From Amoebidium appalachense (lineage: Eukaryota; Protista; Ichthyosporea): DNA of 64,000 nt. Both the position numbers and the translations under genes were made by a program. The DNA is taken from positions 10,606,243 to 10,670,242 of the forward strand of contig CAVNZM010000009.1 in assembly GCA_963693365.1 (NCBI GenBank). The letters are read 5' to 3'. Positions 1 to 31,247 of the stretch are shown here, in pieces (position 1 is the first letter of the stretch; the number at the start of each line of letters is the position of its first letter). The notes below the pieces were generated by a model that was not told the DNA's origin, did no database searches, and saw only the letters and a program-made list of their open reading frames with translations.

Positions 1-98
<98 letters not shown>

Positions 99-539
99 TG
101 TGTGTGTGTGGTTTGTGTTTAAGCACGCACGCGCGTGCGTGCACACGCGCACGAGTGTGATGTGTGCATGTGTGTTTTAACATGGACATTGGTGTGGGTG
201 TTGGTGTGCACATGTATGTGGTCATACACGTGTGTGCTGGTATGTGTGGGTGTGTGCATGGTTGTGTTAGAAACGAATGTCAGGATGTGTCGGTATGATG
301 ACAAGGGTCGAAGCAAGCAGTCACCACCCAATAAACTAACTTAAAATCTATCAACACATATCATTCTAATAATCACACAATGCGACCTGATATCGTCGTA
401 AATTCAATGCATAAGCTGGCCCTCGACCTCCCCCCCCCCCCCCCCCCCCCCCCTCCCCCCTCTCCCCCCGCCCACACACAAAAAAAAAAGAAAGAAAAAA
501 AAGGAAAAGAGAAAGAAAAGACAAGAAACCACCACCCAC

Positions 540-19715
<19,176 letters not shown>

Positions 19716-20305
19716 GGTGTCACTTTGCTTCGCGGCAATACAAACTTGGTGAGGTGAGGAATACTAATATAGCTGTAGGATGGGTGGGTTTGGTGGAATA
19801 AAACATGAACGAATATTAGTACTTCTCCGCCGGCGCCTAGGCTCTGTTGAAAAGTTGACGTGAGCAAGGCCAAAATGTTGGGTGCTGTTGATTGCATACA
19901 AATGCAATTTGGCGGGAACGACAGCTAATCACATGAGGCTCATGGATTCGTGAACGTCAGCAGGAATTGGCGAAACCATTGTAGTTTAGGTCTTCTCTAA
20001 TTAGTTCAAAAAAGTTTTAAAAAAACTTTATAAACCAAAGATGTATTTGATTCGTGATCTATCAATATGTTATTTAGGCCGCAATTGTCTTTCGTTTTGA
20101 ATACATTTTTCAGTACGTACCGAGTGCTGTCTCCCTGAGGCCCGGCTCAACATACCTTGTATGTTGCCGCAGGCGACAAGTAGTGCTCAGCCACTTACGT
20201 AAGCCAGTGGGTACATAGCCTTGGAGACTAGTCAGCACATAGCCTTGGAGCCTAGTCAGCACCATCAGCACCACAATCAGCACCATCCACCTCCACTTAG
20301 TGTGC

Positions 20306-20528
20306 CACACACACCAGTTTAACCGGTCATGTATCGCCAAATGTAGTTTGATAGACCACATAATACCGCAACACACACACGTCACATTCACAACAGACAC
20401 CCAGAAAGATAGCCTACCTGTAAATTACAACATCCTTGATTTTATACTAAACACACGTAACTACGACCTGTTTATTAGATGTATTGATTGGCTTGAGAAA
20501 CACATCACTACAAAATTATAGCGCGCGC

Positions 20529-20595
<67 letters not shown>

Positions 20596-20627
20596 CCAGC
20601 TGATACCGAGTGTCCCGAGGGAAGCCC

Positions 20628-20668
<41 letters not shown>

Positions 20669-20862
20669 ACGGGGAACCCCAACTAATTGATTTCTCCTTG
20701 TAGTCTTTATGGTGTCTCGTAGAGACAGTAAACCCTGATATATAGTCACCACCCGACATCTATGTACGTGATCATGATATACCGCTGAGGGGATATTCCG
20801 AGCAAAACCCCCCCCATACCTGAGACTGGTTCTCTTTGCCTCGAGTAAACAGCGTAAACCCC
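20306..20862 (+). mobile_element. 5'-truncated copy of the non-LTR retrotransposon at 26791-31441
   Basis: Near-identical to about 30885-31441: last ~70 codons of ORF2 (HTHQFNRSC..HITTKL*), (CA)n, internal A-run and 3' UTR through CAGCGTAAACCC. Confidence 0.92.
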
Positions 20863-21751
20863 CCGCATGCATATATGCGCACGTATATATGTACCATACA
20901 TTTGTGGTACTAGTGGGGTAGGCCATTTAACAGATTACTATTAAATCAGTTTTACATTACCGAGATCCCCTATAACATCGAGCACGGACTCACGAAATTC
21001 CCTAGTGTAACTTCCAGCCAAAAAACACAAGTCTCTCGACCGTTCCAGAGTTGGGATATACAGCTCACCCAGATGCTCAAACAAAACCAACCCAACCGAA
21101 GTTGTACGAGTACGATCGGTAAGACAGTTTTTCTTCTGCTTGAACCTTGTGCAGTTCTTCTACCAAAACGTTTGCCTCTTTCGGTGAAGGAATTGTTTCA
21201 ACACTACTGGGTTATAGATCCCGTTTCCGTACACTGGGGGAAGGTGGATTTTCTTGTGAATAATACTGATATAGCCGGACATTCTGCGACGGTACACTGC
21301 GGCACGTTCCTAGGATAGTACATAGGTTTACCGTAGGTTCTGCTGTGTTTTGAAAACGGAAAAGAAGGGGTTGATTTTTTTTTTTCGAGCTTCCTTGCAC
21401 GTTGACCCGGCATACCATCGGGCCGGGCCAGTACCCAATTTGACTTCTCGATCAATGATTGGTGGAAGAGTAGTGGCGGGCAACGGCCAAACGGACACAC
21501 ACAAACGGTCATCGATCCGTGGTGTTTAGTTTAAAATTGCAGCCCACTTCAACCAGCACGTCACAGTTTCCCACAGAAGTTAAACACTTCACAGCTCATA
21601 TCTCAGCTAGAATTAGGTGTGTCTTAGCCTCACTGAGCGATCTGCCAACGTGGGCGTCTCTAATTATAGTCTGGTGCCTGCCAGTCTCCCAGTTGAGAAG
21701 TACCCACCAAAGGGCATAAAGCCTGATAAAAGCCACGAGGGTAATCCGTAG

Positions 21752-21997
21752 AAACACACATTGATTTGGGAGGTGATTGGTTTGTAGTTCAGGCCCACGA
21801 TGGTGACATGGATGTGTACCAGTTGCGGTCGCTTTGCGAGTTTGATGAAGGTTGGGATGCCAAAAGGGCACCAGAGAGTTTAACCAAGGAACCCACGGTG
21901 GGCAGCACTGTGTACATCCCCTGGGTGCAGATGAACGTCGGTACGCTGCAGTGGTTCCAGGGAGAAGTTGTGTCCAGACTCCCCGCTGCTGTTGCTG
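21752..21997 (+). CDS. Probable upstream exon (Tudor/SH3-like aromatic motif) of the BEN-domain gene; link to downstream exons not resolved
   Basis: AG acceptor at 21751, GTAAGG donor at 21998, open frame ..PTVGSTVYIPWVQMNVGTLQWFQGEVV.. resembling Tudor-like V-x-x-x-W...W-F-x-G-x-V patterns. Confidence 0.4.
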
Positions 21998-22375
21998 GTA
22001 AGGGTCTCAAAAGTCACTAAACGTGTGTAAAAAGACTAGTTTTGTCTGCCATAGAGGAAGGCTTATCAGTGTGTCATAAGTATACGGAGACCACACCTTG
22101 TCTTTATATGAACAGAACGAAAGACAAGTTATCCCAAAGAGGACAACCCCCCCCCCGCCGCCTTTTTGTTTTGTGCAGGAGGAGAAGTGGGGGAATGCAG
22201 GAGGAGAAGGGGGGAAGGAGGTGGGGGAGTGGGGTGGGGGGTTCACCTAGGCAAAGATTGTACAGAGGAAACAAAAGTAGTCGCCACCGTGACCTACTTT
22301 TTTTCGCCTTGTAGTTACTCTCTGGTTTAAGGGCTCTCTTCACGGGTTTTCTTGTCTTTGTGGTACTTACACACA

Positions 22376-22418
<43 letters not shown>

Positions 22419-22800
22419 ACACACACACACGCACACACACTCGCACTCGTGCGCACACACACACAACGGAGAACGGCTAGCACAACAAACCGGGGGGAAG
22501 AATTGCATACCTTTAGTATTGCAGGCCGGTACCCAACCTACACACACACACATACACACACACACACAGACAGACACGTACATGCACGTGCGCACACACA
22601 CCACTTCCCCGTTTCCTCCTAATCAAACAGCCAAACCAACCAACCAAACATGGTGGTGCACGATGATGTAGTCTTGAAACCACGTAAAACCACGTAAGAA
22701 AGCTTCGTGTTAGGTGAGCAACATTTTAATCTTTCGGCACTTCCATATGTTAACAGTCCCCCCCCCCCCCATCCTCCCTCCCTTTCTCGCTTTACCACAG

Positions 22801-23639
22801 GCTGCATTCACCAAAAAGGCCGTGCGGGCTGCCTGGAGTGCCAACAAGCCCACCATATCGGCAAGAATTCTTACTGATGACATCTTTACAACCGATGAGC
22901 TGGTCAACAACTCGTTTGTGTGTCACGGGAAAACAGCTCGCTTACTTGGAGTGGACACGGTCGGGCAGCTTGATCCCGCCAAAACTCACCTGGTGTACCG
23001 TACGTGACCATACTAGCACGCACATACACATGCACGCACATATACGTGCCGGCACACACACACACACACACACACACATACTCATACACACACACACACA
23101 CACACGCACACGCACACACACACACACGCACACACACAACAGTGGTGAAAACACACAGGGAGGCAAACAAAATAAATTGGTGCACACTCACTACACCGGT
23201 ACCCACACACACGTTTACATGCAGGCGCACGCACACATGAACACACACACAAGCACACCGAGCGCAAATCTGTGTGCACATACACACAGACACATATATC
23301 GGGCACACACATACACACACCTTCTGATATGCCCCTTTGCCCTTCTCCCTCACACCATGCACAAACATGCACATGGGCACACATACACACACAGACATAT
23401 CATCAGGCACACACACACACACACACACACACACCCACACATACCACACATACACACACACCCACACACACACACACCGGTGAAAGCACACAGGGAGGCA
23501 CACAAAATATATCGGCACACACTCACTACACTGGTACCCACACACGCGTTTACATGCATACGCACGCACACATGCACACACACACAAGCACACTGGGCAT
23601 AAATCTGCGCGCACATACACACGTAGACATATACATCGG

Positions 23640-23679
<40 letters not shown>

Positions 23680-23732
23680 TTTCTGATATGCCCCTTTGCC
23701 CTTCTCCCTCACCCCGGGTAGTTGTCTCCCTT

Positions 23733-23787
<55 letters not shown>

Positions 23788-24208
23788 ACACACCATTACC
23801 ACCACCACCACCACCACCACCACCACCACCAACCCTACCCTCATCTTCGACTCCCTTATTCCCATCCCCACATTCATTGCCACCCAATTCTTTTTGCCTT
23901 CCGTAAGAAGGCCCAAGCTCCTCTGCATCACTGTCATCCCCCCCCTCCCCCCCCCCCCCCTCCCCCCCCCCCCCCCCCCCCCTCCTTCCCTCCCTTCCTC
24001 CCTCCCACCCCCCTCCCCACTCCTTTCAGTCATGACCAACTACCTCGTCACTGGATCCCTGGACCCTGCAACCGATGCTGTCTACAAGGCCATAAAGAGG
24101 GGGGGGAGCATCGCCTGCGACAATGCACGCAAAGGCTTGCGTAGTCATTTGGCCACAGCAAAGGAAAACAACACCCGTCAATACGCGGCTCGGGAATCCA
24201 GAGAATAA
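22801..24208 (+). CDS. BEN-domain-like protein, last two exons (22801-22999, 24030-24208); 5' part unresolved or decayed
   Basis: Phase-1 intron GT 23000..AG 24029 gives [24 protein letters not shown]...[16 protein letters not shown]...[17 protein letters not shown], matching the BEN pattern AR.L...F+..EL...S..G...LDP...I...C.NAR. Confidence 0.6.
23143..23712. repeat. Two diverged tandem copies of a CA-rich unit, period about 335 bp
   Basis: GGTGAAA..CACAGGGAGGCA.ACAAAATA..CACTCACTACAC.GGTACCCAC..TCTGATATGCCCCTTTGCCCTTCTCCCTCAC at about 23143-23353 and 23479-23712. Confidence 0.85.
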
Positions 24209-25040
24209 TTAAGGTACTGGATGCATGCCCTCCCCCCCCGACCCACCCATTCCCGCCCGCCCGCCTGCCCCAACCTCCTAACCCCCCACCCCTCTCCATC
24301 CCTTCCCTCTTCTCGCCACACTCATTCACTCACTCACTCACTCCCACCACTTAAATGAAATAGACCACTCGAAGACACGATTCTTAAAACTCACATGTAC
24401 ACATGTACATACGTCTCTCATCTTTTTACCTGGTCATATCACATCTTTTTTCCCTCCTCCTGCATCTGCTCGGATGCAGAGAGCGCGGTCCCCCCTACAC
24501 ACACAGACACATATCCCTGTGTTTGTACGACTTATCAAAAAATGAGATATGCACCTAGTGCATGTGATAGGTCCATAGTGGAATGTTACGTCGTGCAGCA
24601 AATACTGAACCTTCTTCATAGAGGCAATAAAAAAAAATAAAAAAAAAGAACTTAATACATACACCAGAAGGACGTGAGGCCATTAAGGGAATATGTCATT
24701 TACATGTGTCTATTAAGGAATATATCATTAACATGTGTGTTTCTTTGCAGAAACGATGACAGCGGTGCTCGAATTTACTTCCGGTACTCTACTGTGGCTT
24801 CTTCCGGACATCAAATTAAACTGCAGCAATAACCTGGACCGCGAAGACCTATAGGTGATTTTATAGTATTTTCATACATGTTCATTGCTTCCTCACTTGT
24901 TGTTGGCATGCATGTTGGAGTTTCGATTACCTGCAGGTACACGGACTAAGCCATATAACATTTGCCATACTGTAGATGGGTGTAACACCCGAATACACGT
25001 GCACTATATACAGTATATGATATGTACGTGTGTATGTATG

Positions 25041-25086
<46 letters not shown>

Positions 25087-26790
25087 TACGGACGGCTCCA
25101 TGTTTTTATAGTAATAATAATAATAAAGCTCGGGGCCCGGGGCCTCGACGCCGGACAACTGGATATTGCCCCGCATCAACCCCTTGATATCCGCCGCATT
25201 TAATTGGATGACCGACAACCCATATATAGCTAATTTCATGTCGATTCTACTGCACAGAATTGGCCAATGATTTTTATCATATTGGCTAGCCTTTTTTGGA
25301 AGCGCCGCTAACCAATCCGATCGGGCCCAAAACAAACCAGATTTGATCGTACGGCCCCAGATTTTGGCGCACTATGACTCGAATTGGGATGATACGATCA
25401 AATCTGTAGGGCGCTGGCAGTATGCCGGCGACAGCGTACGATCACATCTGGATATCTCAGATTTAACCAGCGCGCTTCGTCAGCTTCCGTAATATTTCAG
25501 ATTTCATCTTTTGAAAATCACCTGGGCATGTGGGCCCGGCCTCTGCAGCAAAGGCAGCCCCCGATGGGTTACGTATACCCACTTGTACTCCCCCGGGGTC
25601 TCCCAAGTTCATACCCACGACGAACCCTAAGGTGTACTGCACTACCGTGGACGCCAAGACCGTGTACGTATCCGAGAAAGTCAAAACGTATGCAGAGTCG
25701 GTGGCCCAGACCCACGGGGCTACCCAGGCTATGGCAGCCCTTCAAGTTGCCGCAGCTGTGATCGGCCCTGCACCCAACCCGCCGCCCTCGGGTGGCATCT
25801 GACCCTGCACCTGAGGGTACCGATGTTGTTTTGTGTGGGTAAACGGAGAAGCAGAGAGCACAGATGGGTGTTATGTTATACACAACACAGAGACACACGG
25901 GAGAAACACAACCGGAGAGGTGGAACGATTTCTGGGACCATAGGAAATGATTTCAACTGCTTGATATTTATTTCAAGATGACATTCTTCTAATGAAAGTA
26001 CGGAAGCATTTAACAAAATGAAACCACTTATGTATCTATTAGTTCACATCATATATTTATACATGTTCTTAACATAACACGTCTAAATATAAGTATTCCT
26101 AATAGTTGGGGAACATAGAGCAATTCTACGTCGTGGGAAAAGAAGGAAAAGGAATGAGGATAGAAAGGAATGGAATGGGAAAGGAATCGAATAGAATTAA
26201 TGAGGAATGTAGGTTACTATATTTGGGACAATATAACGAGCTCTGATTGGATGACTTATTTAGACATTGACGCAAACAACAATACGTCTGCGCGGGCTAA
26301 ATAGCTCGATGTGTACACAGATCTAAGATATCTGTGCACACGGAAACGGAAAGGAAAGAAAGAAAGGAAGAAAGGAAAAGGGAAAAGGAAACGAACAACA
26401 ACAAACTAATAAACATGTATAAAAACTCAACCTCTAAGTCTTGCCGTTAATCATGGGAAGATGACATCCCCACTCAAGGGTTGGAAGTTGGGTTCTCGTG
26501 AAGTTTGTTGATGCGACCGTTGATGTCAATACTCTCACACATGTAGAAGCAGGTGCCGTGACGTCACAGTCAAGTTTCCCCACTCGAGAAGACAAATGGA
26601 GAAGACTTGAAGTGGCAATGTTGTAATACGTAGTATTTACATATGGTAAGATCTTCTCAGTTTGTGTTATGTTTCAGTTCATATGCTTAGTGTAATGCCA
26701 CACTCCCATTATGTAAAGTGTAGCATCGATCTCCGATATGCTTGTATACTTGTAATCGTGTTGTATCGGCTTTAATCGTGTATCACACAT

Positions 26791-27912
26791 GTGCGACCAT
26801 TAAAACGTCCAGCAGATACACCTACCACAGATGCACAACCAGAAAAACATCGCCTTAGACTAAGCGCAACACCTATTTACAATACACTACCCATTCAGAA
26901 TAACACCACACCACTCCGTAGAAACACAATAACAACCATGCCGAAACTTTCGGTTGATACAGTACTGGCAGAACTTGCCCTCGTTAAGAAACAGCTAAAT
27001 GAGCTGTTACCACTCAAGAACATGATAGAAAAACTCCAAACAGAAAATACCCAACTCAAGCTCACCATTGATTCACTCACAGCCCAGCTAAACATTAGTG
27101 GATCGCAAAACCCCAAAACTCATGAGCAAACATCTCGCGACGGAGACATTTCCACCCCAACACAAAACAACACAGGACCGGAAGCACAGCTCCCGGCAGA
27201 GTTCCTAGAATATGCGAACTCTCGTAAAACACCCGAGCTCCGCCAAATTGCCAAGGAAACATATGCCAGCATTCTTGCAGGCAACGAGTACCGCCGCAAC
27301 TCCCCTCCCAAACCGCCGGCTAAGGGGAACACCCAAGCAAACGGTAACATCAACATCCCACCCAAATACGAGAGGGTGTATTTCAAAGTCAAGCACGGCA
27401 GACGCCCACACAGGGCCATGTGGTCCATCTTCAAGGCTCTCGGCTTCCGGTGCTCTCGCATCCTTTGTCTGTCCTTCATTGGATACGATGTGCTGGAAGT
27501 AGCAGTACGGGGCGACTATAACCGTGCGTTCATCCGTGACGCGACAAAGGGGTGTGGAAGCTTCTTCACCCACCTCCCAAGCTACGACCCATGCGCGCCG
27601 GAAAACATTCAGAAAGCAGACAAAGAACGTAAAGTGTCTGCTAAGAATGCGTGCGCCACACGTTGTCGTGTACGCATCAGCAAGGCAAAAGAGTTCCTCG
27701 CAAAGTTGGAAAACGATGCTACGAGCGTGATAGACACGGACACGAAGGAACCAATGTTTTCTGGTGAGAAACTGCTCGAGCGCAAACGCCGATGCGAGAT
27801 GGAAATCGAGCTCTTCTGCGAACTGTTCGCGCTGGCGGAAGGTCGTGCATACGACCCCGTAAGCGACAAGTGGGAACCAACCCCACAGGTGTCGGACCAA
27901 ACCGATGCCTAA
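26791..27912 (+). CDS. Retrotransposon ORF1 (coiled coil plus RNA-binding-like domain); first ATG at 26938
   Basis: 373-codon open frame directly upstream of ORF2 with 8-nt overlap (ATGCCTAA); heptad segment LKNMIEKLQTENTQLKLTIDSLTAQL. Confidence 0.8.
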   Translation: MRPLKRPADTPTTDAQPEKHRLRLSATPIYNTLPIQNNTTPLRRNTITTMPKLSVDTVLAELALVKKQLNELLPLKNMIEKLQTENTQLKLTIDSLTAQLNISGSQNPKTHEQTSRDGDISTPTQNNTGPEAQLPAEFLEYANSRKTPELRQIAKETYASILAGNEYRRNSPPKPPAKGNTQANGNINIPPKYERVYFKVKHGRRPHRAMWSIFKALGFRCSRILCLSFIGYDVLEVAVRGDYNRAFIRDATKGCGSFFTHLPSYDPCAPENIQKADKERKVSAKNACATRCRVRISKAKEFLAKLENDATSVIDTDTKEPMFSGEKLLERKRRCEMEIELFCELFALAEGRAYDPVSDKWEPTPQVSDQTDA

Positions 27913-30900
27913 TTTATCCTTCTTCTTCTGGAATGCTCGGACACTGGGCCCCCAAAAGGGCCTCCCCCCCGGGACACTCGACGATAAAATCAGCTACATA
28001 CAACAACAGACAAACAACCACACGTTTACAGTGATTTGCGAAACACAGTTTAAAAACCACCACAAATTCAACTCTACATTGGTCGACACATCCACACACC
28101 CCGGTTACGCGAAAAACCGAGGCATTATTGTACTTGCCGCACCACACGTGAGAGTGAAGTGCAAACCGGTAGCAAAAACGGAATTCTCGGTTTCTATAGA
28201 GTTTCTTTCTAATGTTTTTACTTTTGTATATTACCCACCATCTATGTCGGTTGTCGAATTGACTCACGAGTTGTCACAGTTACCAATGTCCACTGTTATT
28301 TTAGGTGATTTTAACACGCGACTCCACCACACAGACACACTGCAAGTGAGTGTCGGGTACCCATCTAAGCCCCCGGAGCGTGCTATCCCTTTAGCAAGGT
28401 ATGTCCAAAGTCACACTTTGCGGTTCCCTCAAATATCCCATGCCCACAACACCGACTGGGGAGTGGCCTTTTGGCCATCAACCATGTCAAAACTCTCTCT
28501 CCCTCCTAACCTCTCTAGGTCATCTGACCACTCTCCTATCCTTTTCCTACCTAAGATCTCCCTTGATCTGCTCCCCCCTCCCCCTCCCACCTTTCGCCTC
28601 CGTCTATCCCAGCTTAAGTCACAGTGGGGTAGAGTTGATGTATGTGTATGCTATGCTACGAAACACCCTATATATATGCGCCTATTAGAATCTGCACAAG
28701 CCAGGCCAGATTCACATCTCGTACTAGATACATGCACTAACTTTATTGTTGATGATTTGATAGATCTCGGTGATTATGCTGGCGGTGGTAGGAAGGAATA
28801 CCCCGATGCTCTCTTGTTACCAAACACCACTCCCGCTAGACTAGGTGAACCCCTGTCTCAAAAGGAAAGCTTGCGCCGGCTTGCTAGTATGAATCGATTT
28901 GGCCCCCCTGCTCGTATTATTGGTGATACCACTGGAGACCCCCTCATAGACTCTGATAAGTATTTCTCGGAACTGTTTAAAGATAGGACCCCCGCTCAGA
29001 AACCTATTGTGTGGCCTGTAGACCCATCTATCCCCATAGAATCGATCCTCCCCTTTTTCAGTCCCGATGCCATATGGTCTGTGATATCTAGTTATAGCTC
29101 TAGTAAGTCTTGTGGACCTGATGGACTCCCTGCTGGGTTTCTTAAAATCCTTGTTCCCTCCTACCCACAAAAGGAAAGTGATCGTGCTATTAAACCTGAT
29201 CTTACTATCATGTTAAGCTCTCTCTTTTCTTGGTGTGTTAAATGTGGACATGTCCCGTCATCTTGGTTAGATACCTTAGTGATCCCCATAGTTAAGAAGG
29301 ACTCTGAGGGCCCCATATCATCCTTTCGCCCCATTACACTAACCCAGGTTGTTCGTAGATTCTTTGAAGCTTGCTTACTTAGGTTATTTGCACATCACCC
29401 TAGGTTTCAATCTATTCTTCACATACACCCATGCCAATCCGCTTTTCGTAAAAACAATTCATGTTATGTTCAAATAATGGCACTGCACGATTCTATGCAA
29501 GTTGGTGCACAATATGTTGGCTTTATTGATTGGAAAACTGCTTACGATTCTGTCTCCCCTGGTCTCCTATGGGAAAAGCTTGCTGCACGGGGTGTACCAC
29601 ACTGCATTGGTGTTCTGTTAGAAGCACTCTTGTCTCAAACCTATGGTAGAGCTGTGGTTAATGGGCATCTTTCATATGGTTTTGCTCGTACTAGAGGTCT
29701 CTTGCAGGGTTCATTGCTTAGCCCCTTTTTGTTTAACCTATTTATAGATGATTTGGCTGTCAAGATTTACGCCGAAAACGATGACCCTATTAATAACTTT
29801 CCGCCTGCACTTCTCTATGCTGATGATCTGTCCCTCCTTGCCCGTACCCCTAGACGCCTGCAAAGATTGTTCGATGTAGTGTCAGAGTGGTGCAAGGCAA
29901 ACCTTATGATCCTTAACATAGACAAATGTGGTGTTCTTGTACCTGATATAGCTAACAATTTACACACATTTACATTATCATCTAAACCTGTACCTATAGT
30001 TCCAGAATACAAATATCTTGGTGTTCCGGTTGATTCTGTTGGTGTTATGTTTCCCCATATGGTCGAAAAGAGGGTAGAGTTGGCTCGTAAGCGGTTAGCT
30101 TTCTTCTCGGCTAATATTTTTAAAGACACACCCCTCCATCCTTCTATTAGACTTACATTTATTCGCACTTTTGTCTTCCCGGCATGTGAATATGGTTTAC
30201 CCCTTCTCGCCGCTTGGATCAAGAAAGAGAGAACTAGAGCGCTTAAACCCTTGGCAAATTTCCTTGAAGCAGAAGTTGCCTCCTTTCTATCTAACAACTG
30301 TTGTAAACCTGGGCCTGTAACGCTCTCGATATATGGTCTGGTCCCAATAGCTGCTAGAGTATCCTATCTCGCGCTGAAATTCAATAAGCACATAAGCCGC
30401 TTAAAGAAGTATTTGCCCTCCCACCCTCTCTTCTCTATCCGACCTGTCCCCTCCTCACCTCTCCCCTCTTTCCTCCCCTCTCTCTCCCCTTCTCCCCTGG
30501 GCACAAATACAAATAAACCCCGCAATAGTGTGTGTGTGACTTTGGACTGCCACTTACTTATTAAACATGTACACAATCACAAGATAATCACGCAATATAA
30601 CAAATGGAAAAAGATACCACACGACACTAGACCCGATGAAAGCATACACCTTGAAAAACTAAGCCTTATGTCTCGTTTTATATATACTGACCGCCTCAAC
30701 CATATTGCCAAATATGGCACTCGCAAGTGTATAACACCTAAATACATATTACCTTCCTGTAGAACTGGTCTTTCTCTAGCTGATGGTATTATTGATCAAT
30801 TACCACGCTTTTACTGTACACGTGCTATACAGTGGAGATCTAATAAGTATAAGGTGGCATCATTTGCATGCCCAAACAACACACACACACACCAGTTTAA

Positions 30901-31099
30901 CCGGTCATGTATCGCCAAATGTAGTTTGATAGACCACATAATACCGCAACACACACACGTCACATTCACAACAGACACCCAGAAAGATAGCCTACCTGTA
31001 AATTACAACATCCTTGATTTTATACTAAACACGCGTAACTACGACCTGTTTATTAGATGTATTGATTGGCTTGAGAAACACATCACTACAAAATTATAG
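27905..31099 (+). CDS. Retrotransposon ORF2: apurinic-like endonuclease plus reverse transcriptase
   Basis: APE motifs FWNAR, VICET, ILGDFN, SDH; RT motifs GPDG, FRPITL, QSAFR, FIDWKTAYDSV, GLLQGSLLSPFLFNLFIDDL, LYADD, YKYLGV; 1064 aa uninterrupted. Confidence 0.97.
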   Translation: MPNLSFFFWNARTLGPQKGLPPGTLDDKISYIQQQTNNHTFTVICETQFKNHHKFNSTLVDTSTHPGYAKNRGIIVLAAPHVRVKCKPVAKTEFSVSIEFLSNVFTFVYYPPSMSVVELTHELSQLPMSTVILGDFNTRLHHTDTLQVSVGYPSKPPERAIPLARYVQSHTLRFPQISHAHNTDWGVAFWPSTMSKLSLPPNLSRSSDHSPILFLPKISLDLLPPPPPTFRLRLSQLKSQWGRVDVCVCYATKHPIYMRLLESAQARPDSHLVLDTCTNFIVDDLIDLGDYAGGGRKEYPDALLLPNTTPARLGEPLSQKESLRRLASMNRFGPPARIIGDTTGDPLIDSDKYFSELFKDRTPAQKPIVWPVDPSIPIESILPFFSPDAIWSVISSYSSSKSCGPDGLPAGFLKILVPSYPQKESDRAIKPDLTIMLSSLFSWCVKCGHVPSSWLDTLVIPIVKKDSEGPISSFRPITLTQVVRRFFEACLLRLFAHHPRFQSILHIHPCQSAFRKNNSCYVQIMALHDSMQVGAQYVGFIDWKTAYDSVSPGLLWEKLAARGVPHCIGVLLEALLSQTYGRAVVNGHLSYGFARTRGLLQGSLLSPFLFNLFIDDLAVKIYAENDDPINNFPPALLYADDLSLLARTPRRLQRLFDVVSEWCKANLMILNIDKCGVLVPDIANNLHTFTLSSKPVPIVPEYKYLGVPVDSVGVMFPHMVEKRVELARKRLAFFSANIFKDTPLHPSIRLTFIRTFVFPACEYGLPLLAAWIKKERTRALKPLANFLEAEVASFLSNNCCKPGPVTLSIYGLVPIAARVSYLALKFNKHISRLKKYLPSHPLFSIRPVPSSPLPSFLPSLSPSPLGTNTNKPRNSVCVTLDCHLLIKHVHNHKIITQYNKWKKIPHDTRPDESIHLEKLSLMSRFIYTDRLNHIAKYGTRKCITPKYILPSCRTGLSLADGIIDQLPRFYCTRAIQWRSNKYKVASFACPNNTHTHQFNRSCIAKCSLIDHIIPQHTHVTFTTDTQKDSLPVNYNILDFILNTRNYDLFIRCIDWLEKHITTKL

Positions 31100-31119
31100 C
31101 GCACGCGCACACACACACA

Positions 31120-31172
<53 letters not shown>

Positions 31173-31204
31173 CCAGCTGATACCGAGTGTCCCGAGGGGA
31201 GCCC

Positions 31205-31247
<43 letters not shown>

